Shown here: in pieces, positions 1 to 9,744 of the stretch
How positions within the stretch are numbered: position 1 is the stretch's first letter
Layout: each line of letters starts with the position of its first letter
Origin: a virus
Taxonomy: Duplodnaviria > Caudoviricetes
Direction: 5' to 3' (one strand)
DNA length: 64,000 bases
IMG/VR virus record: IMGVR_UViG_3300025875_000006
Location: 25,614 to 89,613 of that record
The notes under the pieces: generated by a model
What the model was told of the DNA's origin: nothing
Database searches by the model: none
The model's input: the letters and a program-made list of their open reading frames with translations, nothing else
Program-made: the position numbers and the translations under genes

Positions 1-311
1 TCCCGGTGCTCGAACAGCTCGCCCACCTGGCTCTCCAGCCCGGCCATCTTCCGGGCCAGGAACTCCTGGCCCTCGGTGGCCTCGCTGAGCATCTTCTGGC
101 GGCGCGCGCGGCGCTCCTCGGCCTCGCGGTTCTCCCGGGCCTCGCCGAACGACCGGACCCACCGGGCGAACTTCCCGACCGGGCCGGACAGCTTCTCGGC
201 CGTCTGCGTGCCCATGATCAGGATGAAGATGACGATGAGGACCCACTGGACGATGACGTTGTCCTTGATGGCCTCGAACATCTCGGCTGGCAGCCCTGCC
301 AGTCCGCCCAT
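1..311 (-). CDS. membrane protein with coiled-coil tail (partial, runs off left edge)
   Basis: My translation from ATG at 311 (RBS GAGGAGG; alternative ATG at 335): MGGLAGLPAEMFEAIKDNVIVQWVLIVIFILIMG then charged EARENREAEERRARRQK. Not in the ORF track because it is truncated. Confidence 0.7.
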   Translation of the reverse strand, partial: MGGLAGLPAEMFEAIKDNVIVQWVLIVIFILIMGTQTAEKLSGPVGKFARWVRSFGEARENREAEERRARRQKMLSEATEGQEFLARKMAGLESQVGELFEHR

Positions 312-334
312 CGGGTCCTCCTCGACAGCCAGCA

Positions 335-1003
335 TCAGGCGAGCCCGAGGCGGTGGAAGTCCTCCTCCTCCTCGCGCCGCAGCCGCTCCTCGCGCCGGGC
401 CAACACCTGGGTGCCGAAGCCGAAGACGAAGTGCAGGACCGCCGCGCCCAGGAAGCCGTTGCCGGTGCGGTACCCGTCGCCGAGCCCGTAGGCCGCGATC
501 CACCCGCCCAGCACCAGCGCCACGATCCCGAAGATGAAGGCCGCGATGTCGGGGATGTAGCGGGAGTCGGTGGCCAGCAGGAAGGCGGCCAGGATCAGCA
601 GGGCGCTCCCGCCTCCGGCCTTCAGCCAGCTGTCAACCGGGCTCTCGCGCAGGAACGTGATGCCCAGGACCAGGTAGGCCGCACCGACGAACAGGTGGCC
701 CATGCTCAGCGGCTTGGCCCAGCCGGTGGCCAGGCCGAAGAAGGCGACCCCGGCCGGGATCAGGAAGGCCAGGCCCAGCACCTCCAGCGGGATGTCCTGC
801 TCGATGCCCACCAGCGTCGCCGACGCGGCCTCCGTGTCGCTGCCGGAGGTGGCGTAGTCCATCCCGCGCTGGGCGGCCGTCCAGATGATGACCACCTGGG
901 CGATGAGCAGGACGGCGTTGTAGCTGCCCGGCCGCCAGGTGCCGCGCAGGTGGAGCCCGCACAGACGCGCCCAGGCGGAGCGCAGGCGGGTGGCGATGGT
1001 CAT
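335..1003 (-). CDS. multi-pass membrane protein in lysis cluster
   Basis: 222 aa with about 6 hydrophobic segments; overlaps the holin-like gene stop by 4 nt. Confidence 0.75.
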   Translation of the reverse strand: MTIATRLRSAWARLCGLHLRGTWRPGSYNAVLLIAQVVIIWTAAQRGMDYATSGSDTEAASATLVGIEQDIPLEVLGLAFLIPAGVAFFGLATGWAKPLSMGHLFVGAAYLVLGITFLRESPVDSWLKAGGGSALLILAAFLLATDSRYIPDIAAFIFGIVALVLGGWIAAYGLGDGYRTGNGFLGAAVLHFVFGFGTQVLARREERLRREEEEDFHRLGLA

Positions 1004-1473
1004 GTGCCCTCGGGGGTGAGTCGGTTCCCGGCAGCGTCCCGGGGATCGGACAGGGGAGTGACCTTGTTGCGGGCCTTGATCCAGGCCATGAAGTACGGGC
1101 CCATCAGCGCCCAGGCACCGCCGATGGCCAGGATGGCGTTGGACGCCTGGAGGGCGATGCCCTCGACGTCCAGGCCCTGGATGCTCGCGGGGAGCAACGG
1201 AGCGAACAGCCGCAGCAGTCCGCCGACGGCGAGGATCACACCGGAGACGGCTCCGGCGATCTTCGCGGCGTTCAGGACCGGCTCGGGGCGCTTGCCGTCG
1301 GCGGGAGCGGGGGGTGTCTCCTGCGCAAGGGTGGGGGTCTCTCCGCCAGGAACAGGGGGTTGCTCCGCTGGGAGCGCGGGGTCGGCCATCTCGATGTCCT
1401 CCGTGTCAACCGCTGGCTCGGGCTCCGGAGCGAAGGCCGTAGCCCCCGCGTCCGGAGCCCGGTGCCGACCCAT
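1000..1473 (-). CDS. holin-like protein
   Basis: Two TM segments followed by ARNKVTPLSDPRDAAG, a C-terminal pattern typical of actinophage holins. Confidence 0.65.
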   Translation of the reverse strand: MGRHRAPDAGATAFAPEPEPAVDTEDIEMADPALPAEQPPVPGGETPTLAQETPPAPADGKRPEPVLNAAKIAGAVSGVILAVGGLLRLFAPLLPASIQGLDVEGIALQASNAILAIGGAWALMGPYFMAWIKARNKVTPLSDPRDAAGNRLTPEGT

Positions 1474-2063
1474 CAGGCGTCGGCGGCCTGGGCGGAGCGC
1501 TCGCGGGCGGCGGCCAGCTGCTGCTGGCGGCGCTCGTCGGACAGGCCCTGGAGCACGTTCGCGTGCTCGCCGGTGCGGACCCGGTCCAGCGCGATGCCGC
1601 CGTTGGCGTAGACGTCGGGGTTGACCGTCGTGCGGGCGACGCCGTCCTCGGACTCGCTGGCCGGGGTCTCCGGACCCTCGCCGCCGGTGGACGCCTTGGC
1701 GTCGGGGCTGGTGACGCTGGAGGTCTTGGCGGCCTCGGCCGTGCGGATGCGCTCGATCAGCTCCTCGCGCTTCCCCCGGCCGTTGACGTCCAGGTCACCG
1801 GCGCGCTCCTGGAGCGCGCGGTAGGGCCACTTCTCCTCGTCGTCGTACTCGTCGGCCACCGGGGCCACGGCGGCACCGACCACCGGGTCCTGGTTGATGG
1901 TCACGTCGGCCTGCTGCTTCTCCCCCTCGGAGGCCTCGGTGACGTTGGCCGCCAGGGAGGACGCGCTGGCGGCCTCGGGGTGGTTGGCCGACGTGTCGTC
2001 GGGGGTGGCCGACAGGGTGGCCGTGGTCGGTTCGGTCTGCTGGTCCAGGGACTGGTCGGGCAC
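1473..2063 (-). CDS. acidic low-complexity protein with SAP/HeH/Rho-N-like helical motif
   Basis: GTG start after GAGG; WPYRALQERAGDLDVNGRGKREELIERI matches the HeH/SAP-like pattern. Confidence 0.55.
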   Translation of the reverse strand: MPDQSLDQQTEPTTATLSATPDDTSANHPEAASASSLAANVTEASEGEKQQADVTINQDPVVGAAVAPVADEYDDEEKWPYRALQERAGDLDVNGRGKREELIERIRTAEAAKTSSVTSPDAKASTGGEGPETPASESEDGVARTTVNPDVYANGGIALDRVRTGEHANVLQGLSDERRQQQLAAARERSAQAADA

Positions 2064-2140
2064 AGGGCACCTCGCTGGTTGCTGATGGTGGGCACGCGCG
2101 TGCTCACGGTACCGGCGGGGCATAGCACAGCGCCCCCGCG

Positions 2141-2545
2141 CTACCCCTCCAGGTAGACGGCAGCGCGGCGCAGAAGTTCAGGGTCGTCCCCGAAGTTGCC
2201 CAGGCCGTGGTTGCACCCTCGACAGAGCCAGCCACGCACCCGGCCGGTGCTGTGGCAATGGTCCACGTGCAGCGCCTTCTCGGTGGACCCGCAGATGCGG
2301 CACCCCTGTGAGCGCTCGGCCAGCAGCTTGTCGTGCTGCTCCCGTGTCAACCCGTACTTCATCATGCGCTGCCGCCGCTGGCGGGACTCCTCGGTTCCGC
2401 GCGGCTCCTTCGGGCGGCGGCAGACCCACGTCGTCACCCCGGCAGGCGTCTTGCGTGGCCGGATCGGAATGTCGGGTCCGCAGTGCTCGCAGGTGCCCCG
2501 GCGCTTCACGGTGTCGCGGCTGGTCAGAACATGCAAACGCCCCAT
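2141..2545 (-). CDS. recombination endonuclease VII-family (homing) endonuclease
   Basis: CRIC...LHVDHCHSTGRVRGWLCRGCNHGLGNFGDDPELL signature. Confidence 0.9.
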   Translation of the reverse strand: MGRLHVLTSRDTVKRRGTCEHCGPDIPIRPRKTPAGVTTWVCRRPKEPRGTEESRQRRQRMMKYGLTREQHDKLLAERSQGCRICGSTEKALHVDHCHSTGRVRGWLCRGCNHGLGNFGDDPELLRRAAVYLEG

Positions 2546-2591
2546 GCCATGACCTTACGGTCTGGCATGGGACGTTGGCGGGATCGTCCGG

Positions 2592-2909
2592 TCAGCTGGC
2601 CTTGGCGGGCTTCACGGGCACGAAGCGCAGGAAGACCTCCACCGGGTACTCGCGCTCGACGCGCTTGTCGGTGCTGACCTGCACCTCCCAGTAGCCGCCC
2701 TGGGGGTCGGCGAAGGCCTTGATCTGCCCGCGCCGGATGCGGTAGGCGGTCTGGCTGAACACGCTCAGCCGGTCCTCCTCGCCGCCGCCCACCCGGAACC
2801 ACTGACCCGGCATGGCCTGGACGGTCTCGGCGACCTTCTCGAAGTCCTCGAACAGCACCCGGGACCGGGTACGCCGGGGCCCCTGCTCGGTCACGGTTGC
2901 AATCGTCAT
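2592..2909 (-). CDS. hypothetical protein, leaderless start
   Basis: 105 aa starting MTIATVTEQ; ATG 6 nt after a CATACT -10. Confidence 0.75.
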   Translation of the reverse strand: MTIATVTEQGPRRTRSRVLFEDFEKVAETVQAMPGQWFRVGGGEEDRLSVFSQTAYRIRRGQIKAFADPQGGYWEVQVSTDKRVEREYPVEVFLRFVPVKPAKAS

Positions 2910-2915
2910 GGGGCC

Positions 2916-2945
2916 AGTATGGGGCACTTGGTCAACAGTGTCAAC
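2916..2945 (-). promoter_or_regulatory. leaderless sigma70-type promoter with tandem GTTGAC repeat
   Basis: Minus strand reads TTGACA-ctGTTGACCaagtgccc(17)-CATACT-N6-ATG. Confidence 0.85.
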
Positions 2946-5032
2946 TAGGCCGGGTCCTCGGCGGGCTCCGCCGGGGTGACCTTGGCCGCCGCCTTCTTCT
3001 TCGCCTTGGCCGGAGCCCCGGTGGCGAACAGCGCCTGGAGCTTCTTCTGGTCCTGGACCAGCTCCTCCAGCTTCATCGCGTTCTCGCCGAACCGGTCGAT
3101 CTGGCGCTCCTCCACCGTGCCGGTGGTGACGTAGTCGTAGACCTTGACCGCCTTGTGCTTCTCCGAGCCGATGCGGTGCACCCGGTCCAGCCCCTGCTTC
3201 CAGAGGATCGGGGACCAGCTGCGCTCCAGCCGCAGCAGCGAGCTGGCCGCCGTCAGCGTCACCCCGGTGCCCCCGGCCGCGTAGGTGTAGAGCATCCAGC
3301 GCTTCTTGCCCTGCTGGAAGTCGGTGATGGCCAGGTCGCACTGCTGGTCGGTCCGGTCCCCGGCGACGCTCACGATCTCGGTGGGGTCCAGCCCGAGCGT
3401 GTCAACCAGGGCCTGCTCGACCAGCCGCAAGAACCGGCGGCTGACGAAGCTCATGGCCACCTGCTCGCCCTCGAACTCCCCGGCCCGGATGTCGTCCACC
3501 AGGGAGTCGATCTTGCAGCTGGGCATCCGCAGCAGCATCTTCACCGGGACGTCGTCGGCGTCCGGGCCCGGGTTGAAGGCCTCGGGGTCGTCGGGGTAGC
3601 CCGTGGCGCTGGCCAGCATGGACAGCCGCCCGGTGGCCACCATGCTGTTGGCCGCGACGATCTTGCCCTCCTGGACCATCAGGACCATCTCGTCGCGCAT
3701 CTGGCTGTAGGCGGCGGCCTGCTCCCGGCCCATCTCGCACTCGCGGATGAACTCCCCGCCGGTCAGCAGCGGCGGCAGGTCCAGCACCTCGGCCTTCAGA
3801 CGGCGGCGCGACATCGCGCTGAAGACCTGCTGGAACTCCTCGCGCCGGGTCGGCTTGAAGCCGAACACCTGCGGGAACCCGGCCATGCTGTAGCCGCGCT
3901 CCAGGTAGTAGTCCACGTAGGTGGTCTTCACCGGCCAGGCGTCGGCGTCGGCGGTGTGCAGCACCGTCCAGCTGGCCTCGGAGTCCGAGCTGATGGGCGT
4001 GCCGGTCAGCCCCCAGCGCAGGGCGTCCGGCGCGCTCCGGATGAGCCCCCAGAGCGCCTGGGTGGTCTGGGAGAGGTTGTTCAGCACGCGGTGCAGCTCG
4101 TCGGCCACGATCAGGCTGAAGTCGATGGCGTTCAGCTCGCGCTCGTGGCGCTGGCACTTCGCCTCGGTGACGTGCTCCTCGTCGGACTGCGGCGGGCCGC
4201 CGTGGGCCTCGCACTTCTTCAGCGCGTGCCCGGGGGCGGCGGCGTACCGGGTGTGGCTGCGCAGGGCCTCCCAGCCGATGATGCCGATGTCGGCCTCGCC
4301 GGTGGCCAGCCGCTCGATGGCCGCACGCCGCTGGGTGGACGTGCCCCGGATGATCTCCACCCGCGCCCAGGGGATGAACGTGGCCAGGTCGTCGGCCCAG
4401 GCGGTCTTCAGCGTCTTCTTCGGCGCGATGACCAGGATCGGCCGGTGGGGCGGCTCGTGGCCGGTGCCCTCCGGGTCGGGGTCCGTGCTCGGGTCCGGGA
4501 CCAGGTCCAGCTTCAGGATGCCGTTGAGCACGGCGGCCGTCTTTCCGGTGCCGGTCTCGTTCAGCAGCAGCCGCCCGCGCGTGGGCACGATCCCACCGCC
4601 GTAGGACAGCCACTCGCCGTCGTCCTCCTGGTGGGGGTAGAAGACGTCGTCCTCGGCCTTGACGGCCGTGGGGTCCACGCGGGCCGCCAGCTCGCGCATC
4701 CGCTCCCAGTGCCCGGCCTGCTCGTTGACCCACGCCTTCAGCGCCGGGTGCGGCAGCAGCTTCAGGCCGGTCTCCACCGACATCGTCTTCAGGGCCAGCA
4801 CGGCGGGCCAGGCCTTCGGCAGCGTCCAGACCTGGTCGGCCTTCGAGTACAGCGCGCCGGGGATCAGCTGGAGGCGCGGCATGAACGTGGCGGGCACGTA
4901 GACGGCCATGCGCCCGGCGTACTTGCCCACGACGACGTCGTAGGGGTAGATGCCCGGCTTGGCCCCGGCCAGCTTCACCGTGTCAACCGGCGGGCTGAGC
5001 TGGGCGGGGGCGTCGGTCAGGGTGGCGGTCAT
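2945..5032 (-). CDS. SNF2-family DNA helicase
   Basis: NETGTGKT Walker A, LIVADELH Walker B, LTGTP motif III, QGLDRVHRIG motif VI. Confidence 0.93.
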   Translation of the reverse strand: MTATLTDAPAQLSPPVDTVKLAGAKPGIYPYDVVVGKYAGRMAVYVPATFMPRLQLIPGALYSKADQVWTLPKAWPAVLALKTMSVETGLKLLPHPALKAWVNEQAGHWERMRELAARVDPTAVKAEDDVFYPHQEDDGEWLSYGGGIVPTRGRLLLNETGTGKTAAVLNGILKLDLVPDPSTDPDPEGTGHEPPHRPILVIAPKKTLKTAWADDLATFIPWARVEIIRGTSTQRRAAIERLATGEADIGIIGWEALRSHTRYAAAPGHALKKCEAHGGPPQSDEEHVTEAKCQRHERELNAIDFSLIVADELHRVLNNLSQTTQALWGLIRSAPDALRWGLTGTPISSDSEASWTVLHTADADAWPVKTTYVDYYLERGYSMAGFPQVFGFKPTRREEFQQVFSAMSRRRLKAEVLDLPPLLTGGEFIRECEMGREQAAAYSQMRDEMVLMVQEGKIVAANSMVATGRLSMLASATGYPDDPEAFNPGPDADDVPVKMLLRMPSCKIDSLVDDIRAGEFEGEQVAMSFVSRRFLRLVEQALVDTLGLDPTEIVSVAGDRTDQQCDLAITDFQQGKKRWMLYTYAAGGTGVTLTAASSLLRLERSWSPILWKQGLDRVHRIGSEKHKAVKVYDYVTTGTVEERQIDRFGENAMKLEELVQDQKKLQALFATGAPAKAKKKAAAKVTPAEPAEDPA

Positions 5033-5319
5033 CGGGTCTCCTCGGCGATGCGCTGGATGCGGTGGGCGATGCCCTTCAGCAGCGGGTGGTCCCCGGGCTG
5101 CTCGGTCTCGAACTCGGTGGCCAACGCCAGGAACCCGGCCTTGACCCGGTCGCGTTCCGCGCGGCGCATCCGGGCGGCGCGGTCCACCAGCTTCAGCCGG
5201 TCGTCGGGCAGCTGGTGCACCTTCCGGCCCTCGGCCGCCAGGCCGGGGTACAGGGCCTCGTAGGCGGCGAGGTAGTCCAGGCCGGTCGGGCCGGGCAGCA
5301 GGTCGTCGTTCGTGGTCAC
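5029..5319 (-). CDS. hypothetical protein
   Basis: GTGA start/stop overlaps at both ends; GC3-rich codons. Confidence 0.65.
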   Translation of the reverse strand: MTTNDDLLPGPTGLDYLAAYEALYPGLAAEGRKVHQLPDDRLKLVDRAARMRRAERDRVKAGFLALATEFETEQPGDHPLLKGIAHRIQRIAEETR

Positions 5320-5822
5320 TCGGGGCTCCATCGGGTGTTCAGCCAGAGGATGGCGTGCTGGAGGGCCTTCACGGCGTGGCCGTTCCCGCCCTTGCCGACG
5401 TTGTTGGGTGGCTCGCGGTCGCGGCGGTAGCTGCCGATCTTCGCCGGGGTGCCGAAGCTGTTGGCGTGGCTGACCTGCTGGACGAAGAACCGGGCGGGGT
5501 CGTCGGCCATGACCCACCGGCAGAAGCCGATGATCTCCACGGCCTCGGGCTGCCAGGTCGCTGCGCCCTCGCGCGGCCACCAGCCCTCGATGACGATCCC
5601 GTCCAGGCCCCGCTTCGTGGTCGGGTGCTGCTGGGTGGCCAGCGACCAGACCCGGTTGCAGAAGGCCAGCTGCGAGCGCTCCTCGCCCCACTCGATGACG
5701 TCGATGCCGACGCCGGTCAGCTGCTCGGTGTCAACCACCGGCCGGAACAGGACCCACCCGGTCTCGCCCCCGGGGTCCACGGCCAGCCAGAGCCCGTCTC
5801 CGCGTGCCACGACCTGTCTCAC
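5316..5822 (-). CDS. RuvC-like Holliday junction resolvase
   Basis: LWLAVDPGGETGW and IVIEGW acidic motifs; position in replication operon. Confidence 0.75.
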   Translation of the reverse strand: MRQVVARGDGLWLAVDPGGETGWVLFRPVVDTEQLTGVGIDVIEWGEERSQLAFCNRVWSLATQQHPTTKRGLDGIVIEGWWPREGAATWQPEAVEIIGFCRWVMADDPARFFVQQVSHANSFGTPAKIGSYRRDREPPNNVGKGGNGHAVKALQHAILWLNTRWSPE

Positions 5823-6214
5823 GCTGCCTGCTCCGTTCGGCAGGTCGGACAGGTCATGCGATAGCGCCTCTGCGGCATCTCGTGCCCCCTCGTGCAGTGC
5901 GTCCGTCGTTGGCGGCGGGGCGGCATCTTGGCCCGCTGGCGCTCGATGGCGTCCTGGATGTTCTGGGCCTGCGTGCCCCAGCGCAGGTGCGTCGGGTTGC
6001 AGCACGGTGGGTTGTCGCAGCGGTGCAACGCCTTCCGTGGGTCAGACAGCGGAACACCAGTGGCCAGCGAGAGCGCCAGACGGTGGGTGTAGATCAGCTT
6101 GCCGCTGACCTTGATGTGCCCGTAGCCCTTGGTCAGCGTGCCTGTCCACGGCCAGCATTCGGACGGACCTCCGCGTTCGACTTTGGCCCAGAGACGGTCT
6201 TCAGCCGTGATCAT
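5819..6214 (-). CDS. HNH endonuclease
   Basis: CWPWTG...GYG...THR...HRCDNPPCCNPTHLRWGTQAQN. Confidence 0.92.
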   Translation of the reverse strand: MITAEDRLWAKVERGGPSECWPWTGTLTKGYGHIKVSGKLIYTHRLALSLATGVPLSDPRKALHRCDNPPCCNPTHLRWGTQAQNIQDAIERQRAKMPPRRQRRTHCTRGHEMPQRRYRMTCPTCRTEQAA

Positions 6215-8013
6215 TTTGCCTCTGCCCAGTTGTTGCCAGCGCCCGGTTCAGCTGTCACATCGACCTTCCAGCCCGTCTTTTCCGTGACGATCTGGTTCAT
6301 CACCTCGGCGATCTCCTGCATGGCGTCGGGGACCTCGGGCTCGGGGATGGAGAACAGCACCTCGTCGTGGACGGGCAGCATCATGTAGGGCCCGAAGCCA
6401 GCGGCGTCCAGGCCGACCATCGCCTTCTTCAGCGCGATGGCGGCCGAGCCCTGGCAGACGTAGTTGCCCAGCTTGCGGCGCTCCTGCGGGTCCCGGACCT
6501 TGAACTCCCGGCCCCACGGGCTGGTGATCACGTGCTCCAGCTCGCCGCGCTCGATCTTGCGGGTCTGGACCAGCTCCGCGCCCAGGGTCTTCAGCGACGG
6601 GTAGGTGTTCTCCAGCGCCTTCCACGTCGGGACCAGGTCGTAGACGCCGACCCCCGCCTGCGCCGCTGCGGTCTCGATCCCGCCGCCGAATAGCTTGGTG
6701 TAGGTGGTGGCCTTCAGCAGGCGACGGCGCGCGTCCTTCTTCTTGAAGTCCGGCTCGTGGTAGACGTCGCGGCCCACCTGGACGAAGAAGTCGTCGCCGG
6801 TGGCGTCGGCCAGCTTCAGCGCCTTGATCATCGCCTCGTCGCCGGTGATGGACGCCCACATGCGCAGCTCGATCTGGCCGAAGTCGGCGGTGACCACCTT
6901 CTCGCCGTCCTCGCGCGCCACGACCGCCCGGCGGACCGTGGGGTCCTCGTCGGCGCTGGGCAGCTGCTGGAGCGGTGGGTTCTCGATGCTCATCCGGCCG
7001 GTGCGGGCCTCGACCGGCTTGATGCCGGGGTGGATGATCCCGCGCCCCAGCTGGCCGCCAGAGGCGTTGAACATCGCCTCCAGGTAGCTGGTGCGGGTCT
7101 TGTAGAGCCCCCGGAAGGCCAGGACGTCCCGGGCGGCCGGGTGGTCGATCTGGGCCAGCACCTCGCCGTCCAGCTTGGTCTTGCCCTTGTCCGTCTTGCC
7201 CGGGAGCTTCACGCCGTCGTTGGTCAGCACCAGCTCCAGCTGGCCGCCCTGGTGCGGGTTCGTGATCCCGAGCGCGGTGAGCCGGGCGCGGACCTCGGCC
7301 TCCCGGCCGGTGAAGTCCTCGATGCTCTCGTAGAGGTAGGCCCCGTCCACGGGCAGCCCGCGCCAGGACATCTCGTTCGTGATCCGGACGCTGGCCATCT
7401 CCAGCGCGTGGTCGTTCGCCCAGCGCTTCCGGCGGCCCTGCGCCTCGTAGACCTCCCACAGCGCGGCGGTGCCGCACGTGTCAACCACGCCGTAGAGCGG
7501 GTAGGGCTTCCAGCCCATCGGCACGGTGGACCAGTCCCAGCCGCCGTTCTTCATGCCCTCGTGCAGCACCCGCTGGCCTGCGCCGTACCAGGGACCGAAC
7601 TCCTGCATCCCGAGGTTCTTCAGCTGGCGGTTCTGGTCGGCGTAGCCGCTCACGGCCGCCCAGGCGAACGTGTCCTCCACGATGGACCAGTCCAGCTCGA
7701 TGCCCTGGCTGCGCAGCGCGAGGCCGTCGTAGCCGACGTTGTGCCAGACGATGGGCACGCGGTGCTGCGAGCACCAGTCCAGCGCCCCGGCGACCAGGGC
7801 GGGCCACCCCTCGAAAGGGATGGCCCACCCGCCGGTCACGTCCCCGAACTGCATCATCCGGACCTTGAACCGAGGGTTCCACCAGTCCAGGCCGGTGGTC
7901 TCGGTGTCAGCTGCGACCATGCGGCGGCCGGGGGTGGTCAGCCACTCCCAGAACTGGGACACCTGGTCGATGCTGGTCAGGACCCTGATCCGGAGGTTCG
8001 GCACCTCAGACAC
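6211..8013 (-). CDS. polA: DNA polymerase I (family A; 3'-5' exonuclease plus polymerase)
   Basis: AADTETTG (ExoI), ARTGRMSIENPPLQQLP, ADFGQIELR (motif A), KATTYTKLFG (motif B), PVHDE (motif C). Start approximate. Confidence 0.95.
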   Translation of the reverse strand: MSEVPNLRIRVLTSIDQVSQFWEWLTTPGRRMVAADTETTGLDWWNPRFKVRMMQFGDVTGGWAIPFEGWPALVAGALDWCSQHRVPIVWHNVGYDGLALRSQGIELDWSIVEDTFAWAAVSGYADQNRQLKNLGMQEFGPWYGAGQRVLHEGMKNGGWDWSTVPMGWKPYPLYGVVDTCGTAALWEVYEAQGRRKRWANDHALEMASVRITNEMSWRGLPVDGAYLYESIEDFTGREAEVRARLTALGITNPHQGGQLELVLTNDGVKLPGKTDKGKTKLDGEVLAQIDHPAARDVLAFRGLYKTRTSYLEAMFNASGGQLGRGIIHPGIKPVEARTGRMSIENPPLQQLPSADEDPTVRRAVVAREDGEKVVTADFGQIELRMWASITGDEAMIKALKLADATGDDFFVQVGRDVYHEPDFKKKDARRRLLKATTYTKLFGGGIETAAAQAGVGVYDLVPTWKALENTYPSLKTLGAELVQTRKIERGELEHVITSPWGREFKVRDPQERRKLGNYVCQGSAAIALKKAMVGLDAAGFGPYMMLPVHDEVLFSIPEPEVPDAMQEIAEVMNQIVTEKTGWKVDVTAEPGAGNNWAEAK

Positions 8014-8464
8014 TGGCGCTCTCCTTCTCGGGCTGTCGGCTGTTGATGCGCTGCTCGGAGCGGGTCGCCCACCGGACGTTGTCCGGGGCGTAGGGGCCGT
8101 CGTTGTCGATGCGGTCCAGGGAGCGGCCTTCAGGGCGCTCACCCACGTCCGCGACGAAGTCCCAGAAGCTGTCGCGCCAGCGCTGGCACACGGTGATGCC
8201 CCGGCCACCGTAGTTCTTCCAGGCGGGGTTCTTCACGCGCGTGCACCGGTCCAGCATCGAGTGGTAGGTCGGGTAGAGCGGGTGAGCGGTCGTCCCGCCC
8301 TGCCAGCGCCCGTGAGCGCTACCGGTGAGAACCGGCGGTGTGCCCTGGTGCTCCCGGCCCCGAGCGGCGCACTGACGGCCGCAGAAGCGGCGTCGGTAGT
8401 CGCGGGTCAGGAAGGTCTCACCGCAGTGCTCGCAGGTGCGATCACGGGCGCTGGCGTAGGTCAC
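8006..8464 (-). CDS. HNH endonuclease
   Basis: YHSMLDRC...NYGGRGITVCQRW...SLDRIDNDGPYAPDNVRWAT. Confidence 0.92.
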   Translation of the reverse strand: MTYASARDRTCEHCGETFLTRDYRRRFCGRQCAARGREHQGTPPVLTGSAHGRWQGGTTAHPLYPTYHSMLDRCTRVKNPAWKNYGGRGITVCQRWRDSFWDFVADVGERPEGRSLDRIDNDGPYAPDNVRWATRSEQRINSRQPEKESASV

Positions 8465-8658
8465 GGGATGGTGATCTCCAGCTTCTTCATCACGGGGAAG
8501 CGGACACCGGCGGTGCCTCGGACGACCGGGAAGATCGTGGCCGGGTCCACGCCGTTCTGTGTGGCCTCCTGCATCGCCCGCTCGACCGCCTGCCCGAGGG
8601 CGGCCAGGGACACGCCCTGGTCGCCCTCGGCGCGCTCAGCGGTGACGACGAGGCTCAC
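8461..8658 (-). CDS. small hypothetical protein
   Basis: 65 aa; GTGA overlap at the start and 4-nt overlap with the downstream HNH gene. Confidence 0.6.
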   Translation of the reverse strand: MSLVVTAERAEGDQGVSLAALGQAVERAMQEATQNGVDPATIFPVVRGTAGVRFPVMKKLEITIP

Positions 8659-9287
8659 GCCCAGGGGTCCGAACCGGCGGCGGCCGGAGCAGGCTCGGAG
8701 CCGGTGCCGACACCGGCACCCACGGCCTCGGCCGGGGTGTCGGCGGGAGCGGCAGCCGTCGGCGTCGCCACGTTGTCCGGCGCAGCGGCGGCCTGCTCCT
8801 CGCTGGTCTCGTCGTCCAGGGAGACGGCAGCGGCAGCGGCGGCCGACACGTTCTTCACCCCGGTGGTCGGCTTGACGCTGACCGACTTCCGGTAGTTGAC
8901 CCGGGTGGTCGGCTGGTTGTTGAACTCGTCGGGCTTCAGCGCGGCCAGGAACACCGCGCCGGTGATCTGCTCGGCGATCTGGTCGGGGGTCGGCCGGGTC
9001 TGCATGATCCACTCCTGCGTCGCCCCGAGGCAGCGCAGGTTCTGGCTGAAGATGCGGGCCGCGACGTCGGACTCGGGCGACCAGATCAGCCGGTCGGTGA
9101 TCGTCTTGCCCTTGGCCCCGTAGACGCCGCCGGTGAAGGCCAGGGTCAGCGTGAACTGCTGCTTGCCCTTGGCCGTGGTCCCGGCGACCGCCTTGGTCAC
9201 GCGCATCTCGTGCTCGCCCTCGTAGCTGACGCCCTTCAGGTCGTCGCCGAAGGCTGCAAACTCCGCCCCGAAATCGAACTCAGACAT
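8655..9287 (-). CDS. putative single-stranded DNA-binding protein (DUF669-like)
   Basis: OB-fold-like beta pattern, acidic/Ala-rich tail ending DPWA; lies next to the AAA recombinase. Confidence 0.6.
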   Translation of the reverse strand: MSEFDFGAEFAAFGDDLKGVSYEGEHEMRVTKAVAGTTAKGKQQFTLTLAFTGGVYGAKGKTITDRLIWSPESDVAARIFSQNLRCLGATQEWIMQTRPTPDQIAEQITGAVFLAALKPDEFNNQPTTRVNYRKSVSVKPTTGVKNVSAAAAAAVSLDDETSEEQAAAAPDNVATPTAAAPADTPAEAVGAGVGTGSEPAPAAAGSDPWA

Positions 9288-9744
9288 GCTGTTCTCCTCT
9301 GATCTTGCGGTTCCGGGAAGTCGCCCGGTCGATGGCACAGCGGCGGCACTGGCGGCCACTGCCGGTCTTGCTCGGTGGGTAGGTGTTCTCCGGCGTCATC
9401 TCGTGGCCCTTGCCGCAGTGGCTCTGCGGTCCGGGGTGAGCGCGCCGGTTGTTCTCGGCCTGGGTCACGGCCTCCAGATGGTCCGGGCGCACGCAGTGCC
9501 GGTTGACGCAGCCGCGCGCTCGGACGTGATCCACATGCTGGCTGTCCGGGATGGTCCCGAAATGCAGCTCGTAGCTCACCCGGTGGGCCAGTAGGTGCCT
9601 GCCCTGCTTGCCACCGCTGGAGATAGAGCCGTAGCCAGTCTTCTTGTTGACGTAGCCGGTCCAGAGCCAGCAGCCGTCGTCCGTCTTCTGCACCTTGGCC
9701 CAGAATCGCTCGGACAGTGGCTTGGGCTTGGGACCGGTGACCAT
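9280..9744 (-). CDS. HNH endonuclease
   Basis: ERFWAKVQKTDDGCWLWTG...AHRVSY...DHVRARGCVNRHCVRPDHLEAVT. Confidence 0.92.
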   Translation of the reverse strand: MVTGPKPKPLSERFWAKVQKTDDGCWLWTGYVNKKTGYGSISSGGKQGRHLLAHRVSYELHFGTIPDSQHVDHVRARGCVNRHCVRPDHLEAVTQAENNRRAHPGPQSHCGKGHEMTPENTYPPSKTGSGRQCRRCAIDRATSRNRKIRGEQHV